Assembly (NCBI GenBank): GCA_964057225.1
Contig: OZ059897.1
Span: 4,526,001-4,590,000, forward strand
Length of the DNA: 64,000 bases
Direction of reading: 5' to 3'
Source: Auanema rhodensis
Lineage: Eukaryota; Animalia; Nematoda
The notes beneath the pieces were generated by a model. It did not search any database. It was not told the origin of the DNA and was given only the letters and a program-made list of their open reading frames with translations. Shown here one piece after another: positions 1 to 13,200 of the stretch; position 1 is the first letter of the stretch; each line of letters starts with the position of its first letter. Both the position numbers and the translations under genes were made by a program.

Positions 1-351
1 TTCCCATGTACACTCAACATTGCTTCCAAAAACATTGTGACAAAAATTTTCCCGAAAAATTTCTAAATAATTTCACAAAAAGTAGGAGTTTTTAGATTTT
101 TTTTTTCAAGGCAAAGACGATGGACAACGTTATTCAACGAAAAAATTAATTCTTCAGGGTGAAAATCGAGGATATAAGTGTGAACCTATATCAGTTGATT
201 ACTCGGTGCATTTTTAAGCTAGCGCAAATCTGATAACACAGATCAACGCAGCTTAAAAATCCGCATCGAATGCACTATACTACATTGAGAAACGCTCCAT
301 ACAAAAATTAGTTATGATCGTTTGAAAAATAATGCATTAGTGTATGCTGAG
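1..351 (+). repeat. Representative subfamily A monomer (phase arbitrary)
   Basis: Diagnostic alleles: GTAGGAG (86-87), AGGCAAAGAC (111/113/116), GTTATTC (132), AATTAATTC (147/149), GAACCTAT (186), GATTACTC (200-201), GCTAGCGC (222/224), GATCAACG (245), GCTCCAT (298). Confidence 0.9.
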
Positions 352-3300
352 TTCCCATGTACACTCAACATTGCTTCCAAAAACATTGTGACAAAAATTT
401 TCCCGAAAAATTTCTAAATAATTTCACAAAAAGTAGATGTTTTTAGATTCTTTTTTTCAAGACGAATACGATGGACAATGTTTTTCAACGAAAAAATCAT
501 TTCTTCAGGGTGAAAATCGAGGATATAAGTGTGAACATATATCAGTTGATTACTCGGTGCATTTTTAAGCTAGCGCAAATCTGATAACACAGATCAACGC
601 AGCTCAAAAATCCGCATCGAATGCACTATACTACATTAAGAAACGCTCTATTTAAAAATTAGTTATGATCGTTTGAAAAATAATGCATTAGTGTATGCTG
701 AGTTCCCATGTACACTCAACATTGCTTCCAAAAACATTGTGACAAAAATTTTCCCGAAAAATTTCTAAATAATTTCACAAAAAGTAGGAGTTTTTAGATT
801 TCTTTTTTCAAGGCAAAGATGATGGACAATGTTATTCAACGAAAAAATTAATTCTTCAGGGTGAAAATCGAGGATATAAGTGTGAACCTATATCAGTTGA
901 TTACTCGGTGCATTTTTAAGCTAGCGCAAATCTGATAACACAGATCAACGCAGCTTAAAAATCCGCATCGAATGCACTATACTACATTGAGAAACGCTCC
1001 ATACAAAAATTAGTTATGATCGTTTGAAAAATAATGCATTAGTGTATGTTGAGTTCCCATGTACACTCAACATTGCTTCCAAAAACATTGTGACAAAAAT
1101 TTTCCCGAAAAATTTCTAAATAATTTCACAAAAAGTAGGAGTTTTTAGATTTTTTTTTTCAAGGCAAAGACGATGGACAATGTTATTCAACGAAAAAATT
1201 AATTCTTCAGGGTGAAAATCGAGGATATAAGTGTGAACCTATATCAGTTGATTACTCGGTGCATTTTTAAGCTAGCGCAAATCTGATAACACAGATCAAC
1301 GCAGCTTAAAAATCCGCATCGAATGCACTATACTACATTGAGAAACGCTCCATACAAAAATTAGTTATGATCGTTTGAAAAATAATGCATTAGTGTATGT
1401 TGAGTTCCCATGTACACTCAACATTGCTTCCAAAAACATTGTGACAAAAATTTTCCCGAAAAATTTCTAAATAATTTCACAAAAAGTAGGAGTTTTTAGA
1501 TTTTTTTTTTCAAGGCAAAGACGATGGACAATGTTATTCAACGAAAAAATTAATTCTTCAGGGTGAAAATCGAGGATATAAGTGTGAACCTATATCAGTT
1601 GATTACTCGGTGCATTTTTAAGCTAGCGCAAATCTGATAACACAGATCAACGCAGCTTAAAAATCCGCATCGAATGCACTATACTACATTGAGAAACGCT
1701 CCATACAAAAATTAGTTATGATCGTTTGAAAAATAATGCATTAGTGTATGTTGAGTTCCCATGTACACTCAACATTGCTTCCAAAAACATTTTGACAAAA
1801 ATTTTCCCGAAAATTTTCTGAATAATTTCACAAAAAGTAGATGTTTTTAGATTCTTTTTTTCAAGACGAATACGATGGACAATGTTTTTCAACGAAAAAA
1901 TCATTTCTTCAGGGTGAAAATCGAGGATATAAGTGTGAACATATATCAGTTGATATCTCGGTGCATTTTTAAGCTAACTCAAATCTGATAACACAGATCG
2001 ACGCAGCTTAAAAATCCGCATCGAATGCACTATACTACATTGAGAAACGCTTTATACAAAAATTAGTTATGATCGTTTGAAAAATAATGCATTAGTGTAT
2101 GCTGAGTTCCCATGTACACTCAACATTGCTTCCAAAAACATTGTGACAAAAATTTTCCCGAAAAATTTCTAAATAATTTCACAAAAAGTAGATGTTTTTA
2201 GATTCCTTTTTTCAAGACGAATACGATGGACAATGTTTTTCAACGAAAAAATCATTTCTTCAGGGTGAAAATCGAGGATATAAGTGTGAACATATATCAG
2301 TTGATATCTCGGTGCATTTTCAAGCTAACTCAAATCTGATAACACAGATCGACGCAGCTTAAAAATCCGCATCGAATGCACTATACTACATTGAGAAACG
2401 CTCTATACAAAAATTAGTTATGATCGTTTGAAAAATAATGCATTAGTGTATGCTGAGTTCCCATGTACACTCAACATTGCTTCCAAAAACATTGTGACAA
2501 AAATTTTCCCGAAAAATTTCTAAATAATTTCACAAAAAGTAGGAGTTTTTAGATTTTTTTTTTCAAGGCAAAGACGATGGACAACGTTATTCAACGAAAA
2601 AATTAATTCTTCAGGGTGAAAATCGAGGATATAAGTGTGAACCTATATCAGTTGATTACTCGGTGCATTTTTAAGCTAGCGCAAATCTGATAACACAGAT
2701 CAACGCAGCTTAAAAATCCGCATCGAATGCACTATACTACATTGAGAAACGCTCCATACAAAAATTAGTTATGATCGTTTGAAAAATAATGCATTAGTGT
2801 ATGCTGAGTTCCCATGTACACTCAACATTGCTTCCAAAAACATTGTGACAAAAATTTTCCCGAAAAATTTCTAAATAATTTCACAAAAAGTAGATGTTTT
2901 TAGATTCTTTTTTTCAAGACGAATACGATGGACAATGTTTTTCAACGAAAAAATCATTTCTTCAGGGTGAAAATCGAGGATATAAGTGTGAACATATATC
3001 AGTTGATATCTCGGTGCATTTTTAAGCTAACTCAAATCTGATAACACAGATCGACGCAGCTTAAAAATCCGCATCGAATGCACTATACTACATTAAGAAA
3101 CGCTCTATTTAAAAATTAGTTATGATCGTTTGAAAAATAATGCATTAGTGTATGCTGAGTTCCCATGTACACTCAACATTGCTTCCAAAAACATTGTGAC
3201 AAAAATTTTCCCGAAAAATTTCTAAATAATTTCACAAAAAGTAGGAGTTTTTAAATTTCTTTTCTCAAGGCAAAGACGATGGACAATGTTATTCAACGAA

Positions 3301-3510
3301 AAAATTAATTCTTCAGGGTGAAAATCGAGGATATAAGTGTGAACCTATATCAGTTGATTACTCGGTGCATTTTTAAGCTAGCGCAAATCTGATAACACAG
3401 ATCAACGCAGCTCAAAAATCCGCATCGAATGCACTATACTACATTGAGAAACGCTCCATACAAAAATTAGTTATGATCGTTTGAAAAATAATGCATTAGT
3501 GTATGTTGAG

Positions 3511-3861
3511 TTCCCATGTACACTCAACATTGCTTCCAAAAACATTTTGACAAAAATTTTCCCGAAAAATTTCTGAATAATTTCACAAAAAGTAGATGTT
3601 TTTAGATTCTTTTTTTCAAGACGAATACGATGGACAATGTTTTTCAACGAAAAAATCATTTCTTCAGGGTGAAAATCGAGGATATAAGTGTGAACATATA
3701 TCAGTTGATATCTCGGTGCATTTTTAAGCTAACTCAAATCTGATAACACAGATCGACGCAGCTTAAAAATCCGCATCGAATGCACTATACTACATTGAGA
3801 AACGCTCTATACAAAAATTAGTTATGATCGTTTGAAAAATAATGCATTAGTGTATGCTGAG
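3511..3861 (+). repeat. Representative subfamily B1 monomer
   Basis: Alternative alleles GTAGATG, AGACGAATAC, GTTTTTC, AATCATTTC, GAACATAT, GATATCTC, GCTAACTC, GATCGACG, GCTCTAT, plus B1 markers CATTTTGAC and TTCTGAAT. These copies generate the repeated minus-strand 62-aa ORF. Confidence 0.9.
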
Positions 3862-4212
3862 TTCCCATGTACACTCAACATTGCTTCCAAAAACATTGTG
3901 ACAAAAATTTTCCCGAAAAATTTCTAAATAATTTCACAAAAAGTAGATGTTTTTAGATTCCTTTTTTCAAGACGAATACGATGGACAATGTTTTTCAACG
4001 AAAAAATCATTTCTTCAGGGTGAAAATCGAGGATATAAGTGTGAACATATATCAGTTGATATCTCGGTGCATTTTCAAGCTAACTCAAATCTGATAACAC
4101 AGATCGACGCAGCTTAAAAATCCGCATCGAATGCACTATACTACATTGAGAAACGCTCTATACAAAAATTAGTTATGATCGTTTGAAAAATAATGCATTA
4201 GTGTATGCTGAG
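3862..4212 (+). repeat. Representative subfamily B2 monomer
   Basis: B alleles plus AGATTCCTTT and CATTTTCAAG, retaining CATTGTGAC and TTCTAAAT. Usually follows B1 directly. Confidence 0.88.
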
Positions 4213-7200
4213 TTCCCATGTACACTCAACATTGCTTCCAAAAACATTGTGACAAAAATTTTCCCGAAAAATTTCTAAATAATTTCACGAAAAGTAGGAG
4301 TTTTTAGATTTCTTTTTTCAAGGCAAAGACGATGGACAATGTTATTCAACGAAAAAATTAATTCTTCAGGGTGAAAATCGAGGATATAAGTGTGAACCTA
4401 TATCAGTTGATTACTCGGTGCATTTTTAAGCTAGCGCAAATCTGATAACATAGATCAACGCAGCTTAAAAATCCGCATCGAATGCACTATACTACATTGA
4501 GAAACGCTCCATACAAAAATTAGTTATGATCGTTTGAAAAATAATGCATTAGTGTATGCTGAGTTCCCATGTACACTCAACATTGCTTCCAAAAACATTG
4601 TGACAAAAATTTTCCCGAAAAATTTCTAAATAATTTCACAAAAAGTAGGAGTTTTTAGATTTCTTTTTTCAAGGCAAAGATGATGGACAATGTTATTCAA
4701 CGAAAAAATTAATTCTTCAGGGTGAAAATCGAGGATATAAGTGTGAACCTATATCAGTTGATTACTCGGTGCATTTTTAAGCTAGCGCAAATCTGATAAC
4801 ACAGATCAACGCAGCTTAAAAATCCGCATCGAATGCACTATACTACATTGAGAAACGCTCCATACAAAAATTAGTTATGATCGTTTGAAAAATAATGCAT
4901 TAGTGTATGTTGAGTTCCCATGTACACTCAACATTGCTTCCAAAAACATTTTGACAAAAATTTTCCCGAAAATTTTCTGATTAATTTCACAAAAAGTAGA
5001 TGTTTTTAGATTCTTTTTTTCAAGACGAATACGATGGACAATGTTTTTCAACGAAAAAATCATTTCTTCAGGGTGAAAATCGAGGATATAAGTGTGAACA
5101 TATATCAGTTGATATCTCGGTGCATTTTTAAGCTAACTCAAATCTGATAACACAGATCGACGCAGCTTAAAAATCCGCATCGAATGCACTATACTACATT
5201 GAGAAACGCTCTATACAAAAATTAGTTATGATCGTTTGAAAAATAATGCATTAGTGTATGCTGAGTTCCCATGTACACTCAACATTGCTTCCAAAAACAT
5301 TGTGACAAAAATTTTCCCGAAAAATTTCTAAATAATTTTACAAAAAGTAGATGTTTTTAGATTCCTTTTTTCAAGACGAATACGATGGACAATGTTTTTC
5401 AACGAAAAAATCATTTCTTCAGGGTGAAAATCGAGGATATAAGTGTGAACATATATCAGTTGATATCTCGGTGCATTTTCAAGCTAACTCAAATCTGATA
5501 ACACAGATCGACGCAGCTTAAAAATCCGCATCGAATGCACTATACTACATTGAGAAACGCTCTATACAAAAATTAGTTATGATCGTTTGAAAAATAATGC
5601 ATTAGTGTATGCTGAGTTCCCATGTACACTCAACATTGCTTCCAAAAACATTGTGACAAAAATTTTCCCGAAAAATTTCTAAATAATTTCACAAAAAGTA
5701 GGAGTTTTTAGATTTTTTTTTTCAAGGCAAAGACGATGGACAACGTTATTCAACGAAAAAATTAATTCTTCAGGGTGAAAATCGAGGATATAAGTGTGAA
5801 CCTATATCAGTTGATTACTCGGTGCATTTTTAAGCTAGCGCAAATCTGATAACACAGATCAACGCAGCTTAAAAATCCGCATCGAATGCACTATACTACA
5901 TTGAGAAACGCTCCATACAAAAATTAGTTATGATCGTTTGAAAAATAATGCATTAGTGTATGCTGAGTTCCCATGTACACTCAACATTGCTTCCAAAAAC
6001 ATTGTGACAAAAATTTTCCCGAAAAATTTCTAAATAATTTCACAAAAAGTAGGAGTTTTTAGATTTCTTTTTTCAAGGCAAAGACGATGGACAATGTTAT
6101 TCAACGAAAAAATTAATTCTTCAGGGTGAAAATCGAGGATATAAGTGTGAACCTATATCAGTTGATTACTCGGTGCATTTTTAAGCTAGCGCAAATCTGA
6201 TAACACAGATCAACGCAGCTTAAAAATCCGCATCGAATGCACTATACTACATTGAGAAACGCTCCATACAAAAATTAGTTATGATCGTTTGAAAAATAAT
6301 GCATTAGTGTATGTTGAGTTCCCATGTACACTCAACATTGCTTCCAAAAACATTTTGACAAAAATTTTCCCGAAAAATTTCTGAACAATTTCACAAAAAG
6401 TAGATGTTTTTAGATTCTTTTTTTCAAGACGAATACGATGGACAATGTTTTTCAACGAAAAAATCATTTCTTCAGGGTGAAAATCGAGGATATAAGTGTG
6501 AACATATATCAGTTGATATCTCGGTGCATTTTTAAGCTAACTCAAATCTGATAACACAGATCGACGCAGCTTAAAAATCCGCATCGAATGCACTATACTA
6601 CATTGAGAAACGCTCTATACAAAAATTAGTTATGATCGTTTGAAAAATAATGCATTAGTGTATGCTGAGTTCCCATGTACACTCAACATTGCTTCCAAAA
6701 ACATTGTGACAAAAATTTTCCCGAAAAATTTCTAAATAATTTCACAAAAAGTAGATGTTTTTAGATTCCTTTTTTCAAGACAAATACGATGGACAATGTT
6801 TTTCAACGAAAAAATCATTTCTTCAGGGTGAAAATCGAGGATATAAGTGTGAACATATATCAGTTGATATCTCGGTGCATTTTCAAGCTAACTCAAATCT
6901 GATAACACAGATCGACGCAGCTTAAAAATCCGCATCGAATGCACTATACTACATTGAGAAACGCTCTAAACAAAAATTAGTTATGATCGTTTGAAAAATA
7001 ATGCATTAGTGTATGCTGAGTTCCCATGTACACTCAACATTGCTTCCAAAAACATTGTGACAAAAATTTTTCCGAAAAATTTCTAAATAATTTCACGAAA
7101 AGTAGGAGTTTTTAGATTTCTTTTTTCAAGGCAAAGACGATGGACAATGTTATTCAACGAAAAAATTAATTCTTCAGGGTGAAAATCGAGGATATAAGTG

Positions 7201-10200
7201 TGAACCTATATCAGTTGATTACTCGGTGCATTTTTAAGCTAGCGCAAATCTGATAACACAGATCAACGCAGCTTAAAAATCCGCATCGAATGCACTATAC
7301 TACATTGAGAAACGCTCCATACAAAAATTAGTTATGATCGTTTGAAAAATAATGCATTAGTGTATGTTGAGTTCCCATGTACACTCAACATTGCTTCCAA
7401 AAACATTTTGACAAAAATTTTCCCGAAAAATTTCTGAATAATTTCACAAAAAGTAGATGTTTTTAGATTCTTTTTTTCAAGACGAATACGATGGACAATG
7501 TTTTTCAACGAAAAAATCATTTCTTCAGGGTGAAAATCGAGGATATAAGTGTGAACATATATCAGTTGATATCTCGGTGCATTTTTAAGCTAACTCAAAT
7601 CTGATAACACAGATCGACGCAGCTTAAAAATCCGCATCGAATGCACTATACTACATTGAGAAACGCTCTATACAAAAATTAGTTATGATCGTTTGAAAAA
7701 TAATGCATTAGTGTATGCTGAGTTCCCATGTACACTCAACATTGCTTCCAAAAACATTGTGACAAAAATTTTCCCGAAAAATTTCTAAATAATTTCACAA
7801 AAAGTAGATGTTTTTAGATTCCTTTTTTCAAGACGAATACGATGGACAATGTTTTTCAACGAAAAAATCATTTCTTCAGGGTGAAAATCGAGGATATAAG
7901 TGTGAACATATATCAGTTGATATCTCGGTGCATTTTCAAGCTAACTCAAATCTGATAACACAGATCGACGCAGCTTAAAAATCCGCATCGAATGCACTAT
8001 ACTACATTGAGAAACGCTCTAAACAAAAATTAGTTATGATCGTTTAAAAATAATGCATTAGTGTATGCTGAGTTCCCATGTACACTCAACATTGCTTCCA
8101 AAAACATTGTGACAAAAATTTTCCCGAAAAATTTCTAAATGATTTCACGAAAAGTAGGAGTTTTTAGATTTCTTTTTTCAAGGCAAAGACGATGGACAAT
8201 GTTATTCAACGAAAAAATTAATTCTTCAGGGTGAAAATCGAGGATATAAGTGTGAACCTATATCAGTTGATTACTCGGTGCATTTTTAAGCTAGCGCAAA
8301 TCTGATAACACAGATCAACGCAGCTTAAAAATCCGCATCGAATGCACTATACTACATTGAGAAACGCTCCATACAAAAATTAGTTATGATCGTTTGAAAA
8401 ATAATGCATTAGTGTATGCTGAGTTCCCATGTACACTCAACATTGCTTCCAAAAACATTGTGACAAAAATTTTCCCGAAAAATTTCTAAATAATTTCACA
8501 AAAAGTAGGAGTTTTTAGATTTCTTTTTTCAAGGCAAAGATGATGGACAATGTTATTCAACGAAAAAATTAATTCTTCAGGGTGAAAATCGAGGATATAA
8601 GTGTGAACCTATATCAGTTGATTACTCGGTGCATTTTTAAGCTAGCGCAAATCTGATAACACAGATCAACGCAGCTTAAAAATCCGCATCGAATGCACTA
8701 TACTACATTGAGAAACGCTCCATACAAAAATTAGTTATGATCGTTTGAAAAATAATGCATTAGTGTATGTTGAGTTCCCATGTACACTCAACATTGCTTC
8801 CAAAAACATTTTGACAAAAATTTTCCCGAAAAATTTCTGAATAATTTCACAAAAAGTAGATGTTTTTAGATTCTTTTTTTCAAGACGAATACGATGGACA
8901 ATGTTTTTCAACGAAAAAATCATTTCTTCAGGGTGAAAATCGAGGATATAAGTGTGAACATATATCAGTTGATATCTCGGTGCATTTTTAAGCTAACTCA
9001 AATCTGATAACACAGATCGACGCAGCTTAAAAATCCGCATCGAATGCACTATACTACATTGAGAAACGCTCTATACAAAAATTAGTTATGATCGTTTGAA
9101 AAATAATGCATTAGTGTATGCTGAGTTCCCATGTACACTCAACATTGCTTCCAAAAACATTTTGACAAAAATTTTCCCGAAAAATTTCTGAATAATTTCA
9201 CAAAAAGTAGATGTTTTTAGATTCTTTTTTTCAAGACGAATACGATGGACAATGTTATTCAACGAAAAAATTAATTCTTCAGGGTGAAAATCGAGGATAT
9301 AAGTGTGAACCTATATCAGTTGATTACTCGGTGCATTTTTAAGCTAGCGCAAATCTGATAACACAGATCAACGCAGCTTAAAAATCCGCATCGAATGCAC
9401 TATACTACATTGAGAAACGCTCCATACAAAAATTAGTTATGATCGTTTGAAAAATAATGCATTAGTGTATGTTGAGTTCCCATGTACACTCAACATTGCT
9501 TCCAAAAACATTGTGACAAAAATTTTCCCGAAAAATTTCTAAATATTTTCACGAAAAGTAGGAGTTTTTAGATTGCTTTTTTCAAGGCAAAGACGATGGA
9601 CAATGTTATTCAACGAAAAAATTAATTCTTCAGGGTGAAAATCGAGGATATAAGTGTGAACCTATATCAGTTGATTACTCGGTGCATTTTTAAGCTAGCG
9701 CAAATCTGATAACACAGATCAACGCAGCTTAAAAATCCGCATCGAATGCACTATACTACATTTAGAAACGCTCCATACAAAAATTAGTTATGATCGTTTG
9801 AAAAATAATGCATTAGTGTATGCTGAGTTCCCATGTACACTCAACATTGCTTCCAAAAACATTGTGACAAAAATTTTCCCGAAAAATTTCTAAATAATTT
9901 CACAAAAAGTAGGAGTTTTTAGATTTCTTTTTTCAAGGCAAAGATGATGGACAATGTTATTCAACGAAAAAATTAATTCTTCAGGGTGAAAATCGAGGAT
10001 ATAAGTGTGAACCTATATCAGTTGATTACTCGGTGCATTTTTAAGCTAGCGCAAATCTGATAACACAGATCAACGCAGCTTAAAAATCCGCATCGAATGC
10101 ACTATACTACATTGAGAAACGCTCCATACAAAAATTAGTTATGATCGTTTGAAAAATAATGCATTAGTGTATGTTGAGTTCCCATGTACACTCAACATTG

Positions 10201-13200
10201 CTTCCAAAAACATTTTGACAAAAATTTTCCCGAAAAATTTCTGAATAATTTCACAAAAAGTAGATGTTTTTAGATTCTTTTTTTCAAGACGAATACGATG
10301 GACAATGTTTTTCAACGAAAAAATCATTTCTTCAGGGTGAAAATCGAGGATATAAGTGTGAACATATATCAGTTGATATCTCGGTGCATTTTTAAGCTAA
10401 CTCAAATCTGATAACACAGATCGACGCAGCTTAAAAATCCGCATCGAATGCACTATACTACATTGAGAAACGCTCTATACAAAAATTAGTTATGATCGTT
10501 TGAAAAATAATGCATTAGTGTATGCTGAGTTCCCATGTACACTCAACATTGCTTCCAAAAACATTTTGACAAAAATTTTCCCGAAAAATTTCTGAATAAT
10601 TTCACAAAAAGTAGATGTTTTTAGATTCTTTTTTTCAAGACGAATACGATGGACAATGTTATTCAACGAAAAAATTAATTCTTCAGGGTGAAAATCGAGG
10701 ATATAAGTGTGAACCTATATCAGTTGATTACTCGGTGCATTTTTAAGCTAGCGCAAATCTGATAACACAGATCAACGCAGCTTAAAAATCCGCATCGAAT
10801 GCACTATACTACATTGAGAAACGCTCCATACAAAAATTAGTTATGATCGTTTGAAAAATAATGCATTAGTGTATGTTGAGTTCCCATGTACACTCAACAT
10901 TGCTTCCAAAAACATTGTGACAAAAATTTTCCCGAAAAATTTCTAAATAATTTCACGAAAAGTAGGAGTTTTTAGATTGCTTTTTTCAAGGCAAAGACGA
11001 TGGACAATGTTATTCAACGAAAAAATTAATTCTTCAGGGTGAAAATCGAGGATATAAGTGTGAACCTATATCAGTTGATTACTCGGTGCATTTTTAAGCT
11101 AGCGCAAATCTGATAACACAGATCAACGCAGCTTAAAAATCCGCATCGAATGCACTATACTACATTTAGAAACGCTCCATACAAAAATTAGTTATGATCG
11201 TTTGAAAAATAATGCATTAGTGTATGCTGAGTTCCCATGTACACTCAACATTGCTTCCAAAAACATTGTGACAAAAATTTTCCCGAAAAATTTCTAAATA
11301 ATTTCACAAAAAGTAGGAGTTTTTAGATTTCTTTTTTCAAGGCAAAGATGATGGACAATGTTATTCAACGAAAAAATTAATTCTTCAGGGTGAAAATCGA
11401 GGATATAAGTGTGAACCTATATCAGTTGATTACTCGGTGCATTTTTAAGCTAGCGCAAATCTGATAACACAGATCAACGCAGCTTAAAAATCCGCATCGA
11501 ATGCACTATACTACATTGAGAAACGCTCCATACAAAAATTAGTTATGATCGTTTGAAAAATAATGCATTAGTGTATGTTGAGTTCCCATGTACACTCAAC
11601 ATTGCTTCCAAAAACATTGTGACAAAAATTTTCCCGAAAAATTTCTAAATAATTTCACGAAAAGTAGGAGTTTTTAGATTTCTTTTTTCAAGGCAAAGAT
11701 GATGGACAATGTTATTCAACGAAAAAATTAATTCTTCAGGGTGAAAATCGAGGATATAAGTGTGAACATATATCAGTTGATATCTCGGTGCATTTTTAAG
11801 CTAACTCAAATCTGATAACACAGATCAACGCAGCTTAAAAATCCGCATCGAATGCACTATACTACATTGAGAAACGCTCCATACAAAAATTAGTTATGAT
11901 CGTTTGAAAAATAATGCATTAGTGTATGCTGAGTTCCCATGTACACTCAACATTGCTTCCAAAAACATTGTGACAAAAATTTTCCCGAAAAATTTCTAAA
12001 TAATTTCACAAAAAGTAGGAGTTTTTAGATTTCTTTTTTCAAGGCAAAGATGATGGACAATGTTATTCAACGAAAAAATTAATTCTTCAGGGTGAAAATC
12101 GAGGATATAAGTGTGAACCTATATCAGTTGATTACTCGGTGCATTTTTAAGCTAGCGCAAATCTGATAACACAGATCAACGCAGCTTAAAAATCCGCATC
12201 GAATGCACTATACTACATTGAGAAACGCTCCATACAAAAATTAGTTATGATCGTTTGAAAAATAATGCATTAGTGTATGTTGAGTTCCCATGTACACTCA
12301 ACATTGCTTCCAAAAACATTTTGACAAAAATTTTCCCGAAAAATTTCTGAATAATTTCACAAAAAGTAGATGTTTTTAGATTCTTTTTTTCAAGACGAAT
12401 ACGATGGACAATGTTTTTCAACGAAAAAATCATTTCTTCAGGGTGAAAATCGAGGATATAAGTGTGAACATATATCAGTTGATATCTCGGTGCATTTTTA
12501 AGCTAACTCAAATCTGATAACACAGATCAACGCAGCTCAAAAATCCGCATCGAATGCACTATACTACATTGAGAAACGCTCCATACAAAAATTAGTTATG
12601 ATCGTTTGAAAAATAATGCATTAGTGTATGCTGAGTTCCCATGTACACTCAACATTGCTTCCAAAAACATTGTGACAAAAATTTTCCCGAAAAATTTCTA
12701 AATAATTTCACAAAAAGTAGATGTTTTTAGATTCTTTTTTTCAAGACGAATACGATGGACAATGTTTTTCAACGAAAAAATCATTTCTTCAGGGTGAAAA
12801 TCGAGGATATAAGTGTGAACATATATCAGTTGATTACTCGGTGCATTTTTAAGCTAGCGCAAATCTGATAACACAGATCAACGCAGCTCAAAAATCCGCA
12901 TCGAATGCACTATACTACATTAAGAAACGCTCTATTTAAAAATTAGTTATGATCGTTTGAAAAATAATGCATTAGTGTATGCTGAGTTCCCATGTACACT
13001 CAACATTGCTTCCAAAAACATTGTGACAAAAATTTTCCCGAAAAATTTCTAAATAATTTCACAAAAAGTAGGAGTTTTTAAATTTCTTTTCTCAAGGCAA
13101 AGACGATGGACAATGTTATTCAACGAAAAAATTAATTCTTCAGGGTGAAAATCGAGGATATAAGTGTGAACCTATATCAGTTGATTACTCGGTGCATTTT

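Noticed and set aside
125-141. CENP-B box-like TTTCGTTGAA on the minus strand
   Set aside because: It matches only the 5' part of YTTCGTTGGAARCGGGA and lacks the essential CGGG at the required spacing.
1-351. Monomer as a dimer of about 175-bp subunits
   Set aside because: I see no similarity between the two halves by eye. A sensitive self-alignment would be needed to exclude an ancient duplication.
1-351. 5S rRNA, tRNA, snRNA or spliced-leader RNA tandem gene array
   Set aside because: I recognise no 5S, cloverleaf or SL motif, and the unit is uniformly AT-rich. An Infernal/Rfam scan would be decisive.
1-351. Derivation from a MITE or other transposon
   Set aside because: The inverted repeats are short and internal. 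No terminal inverted repeats, target-site duplications or coding remnants are visible.
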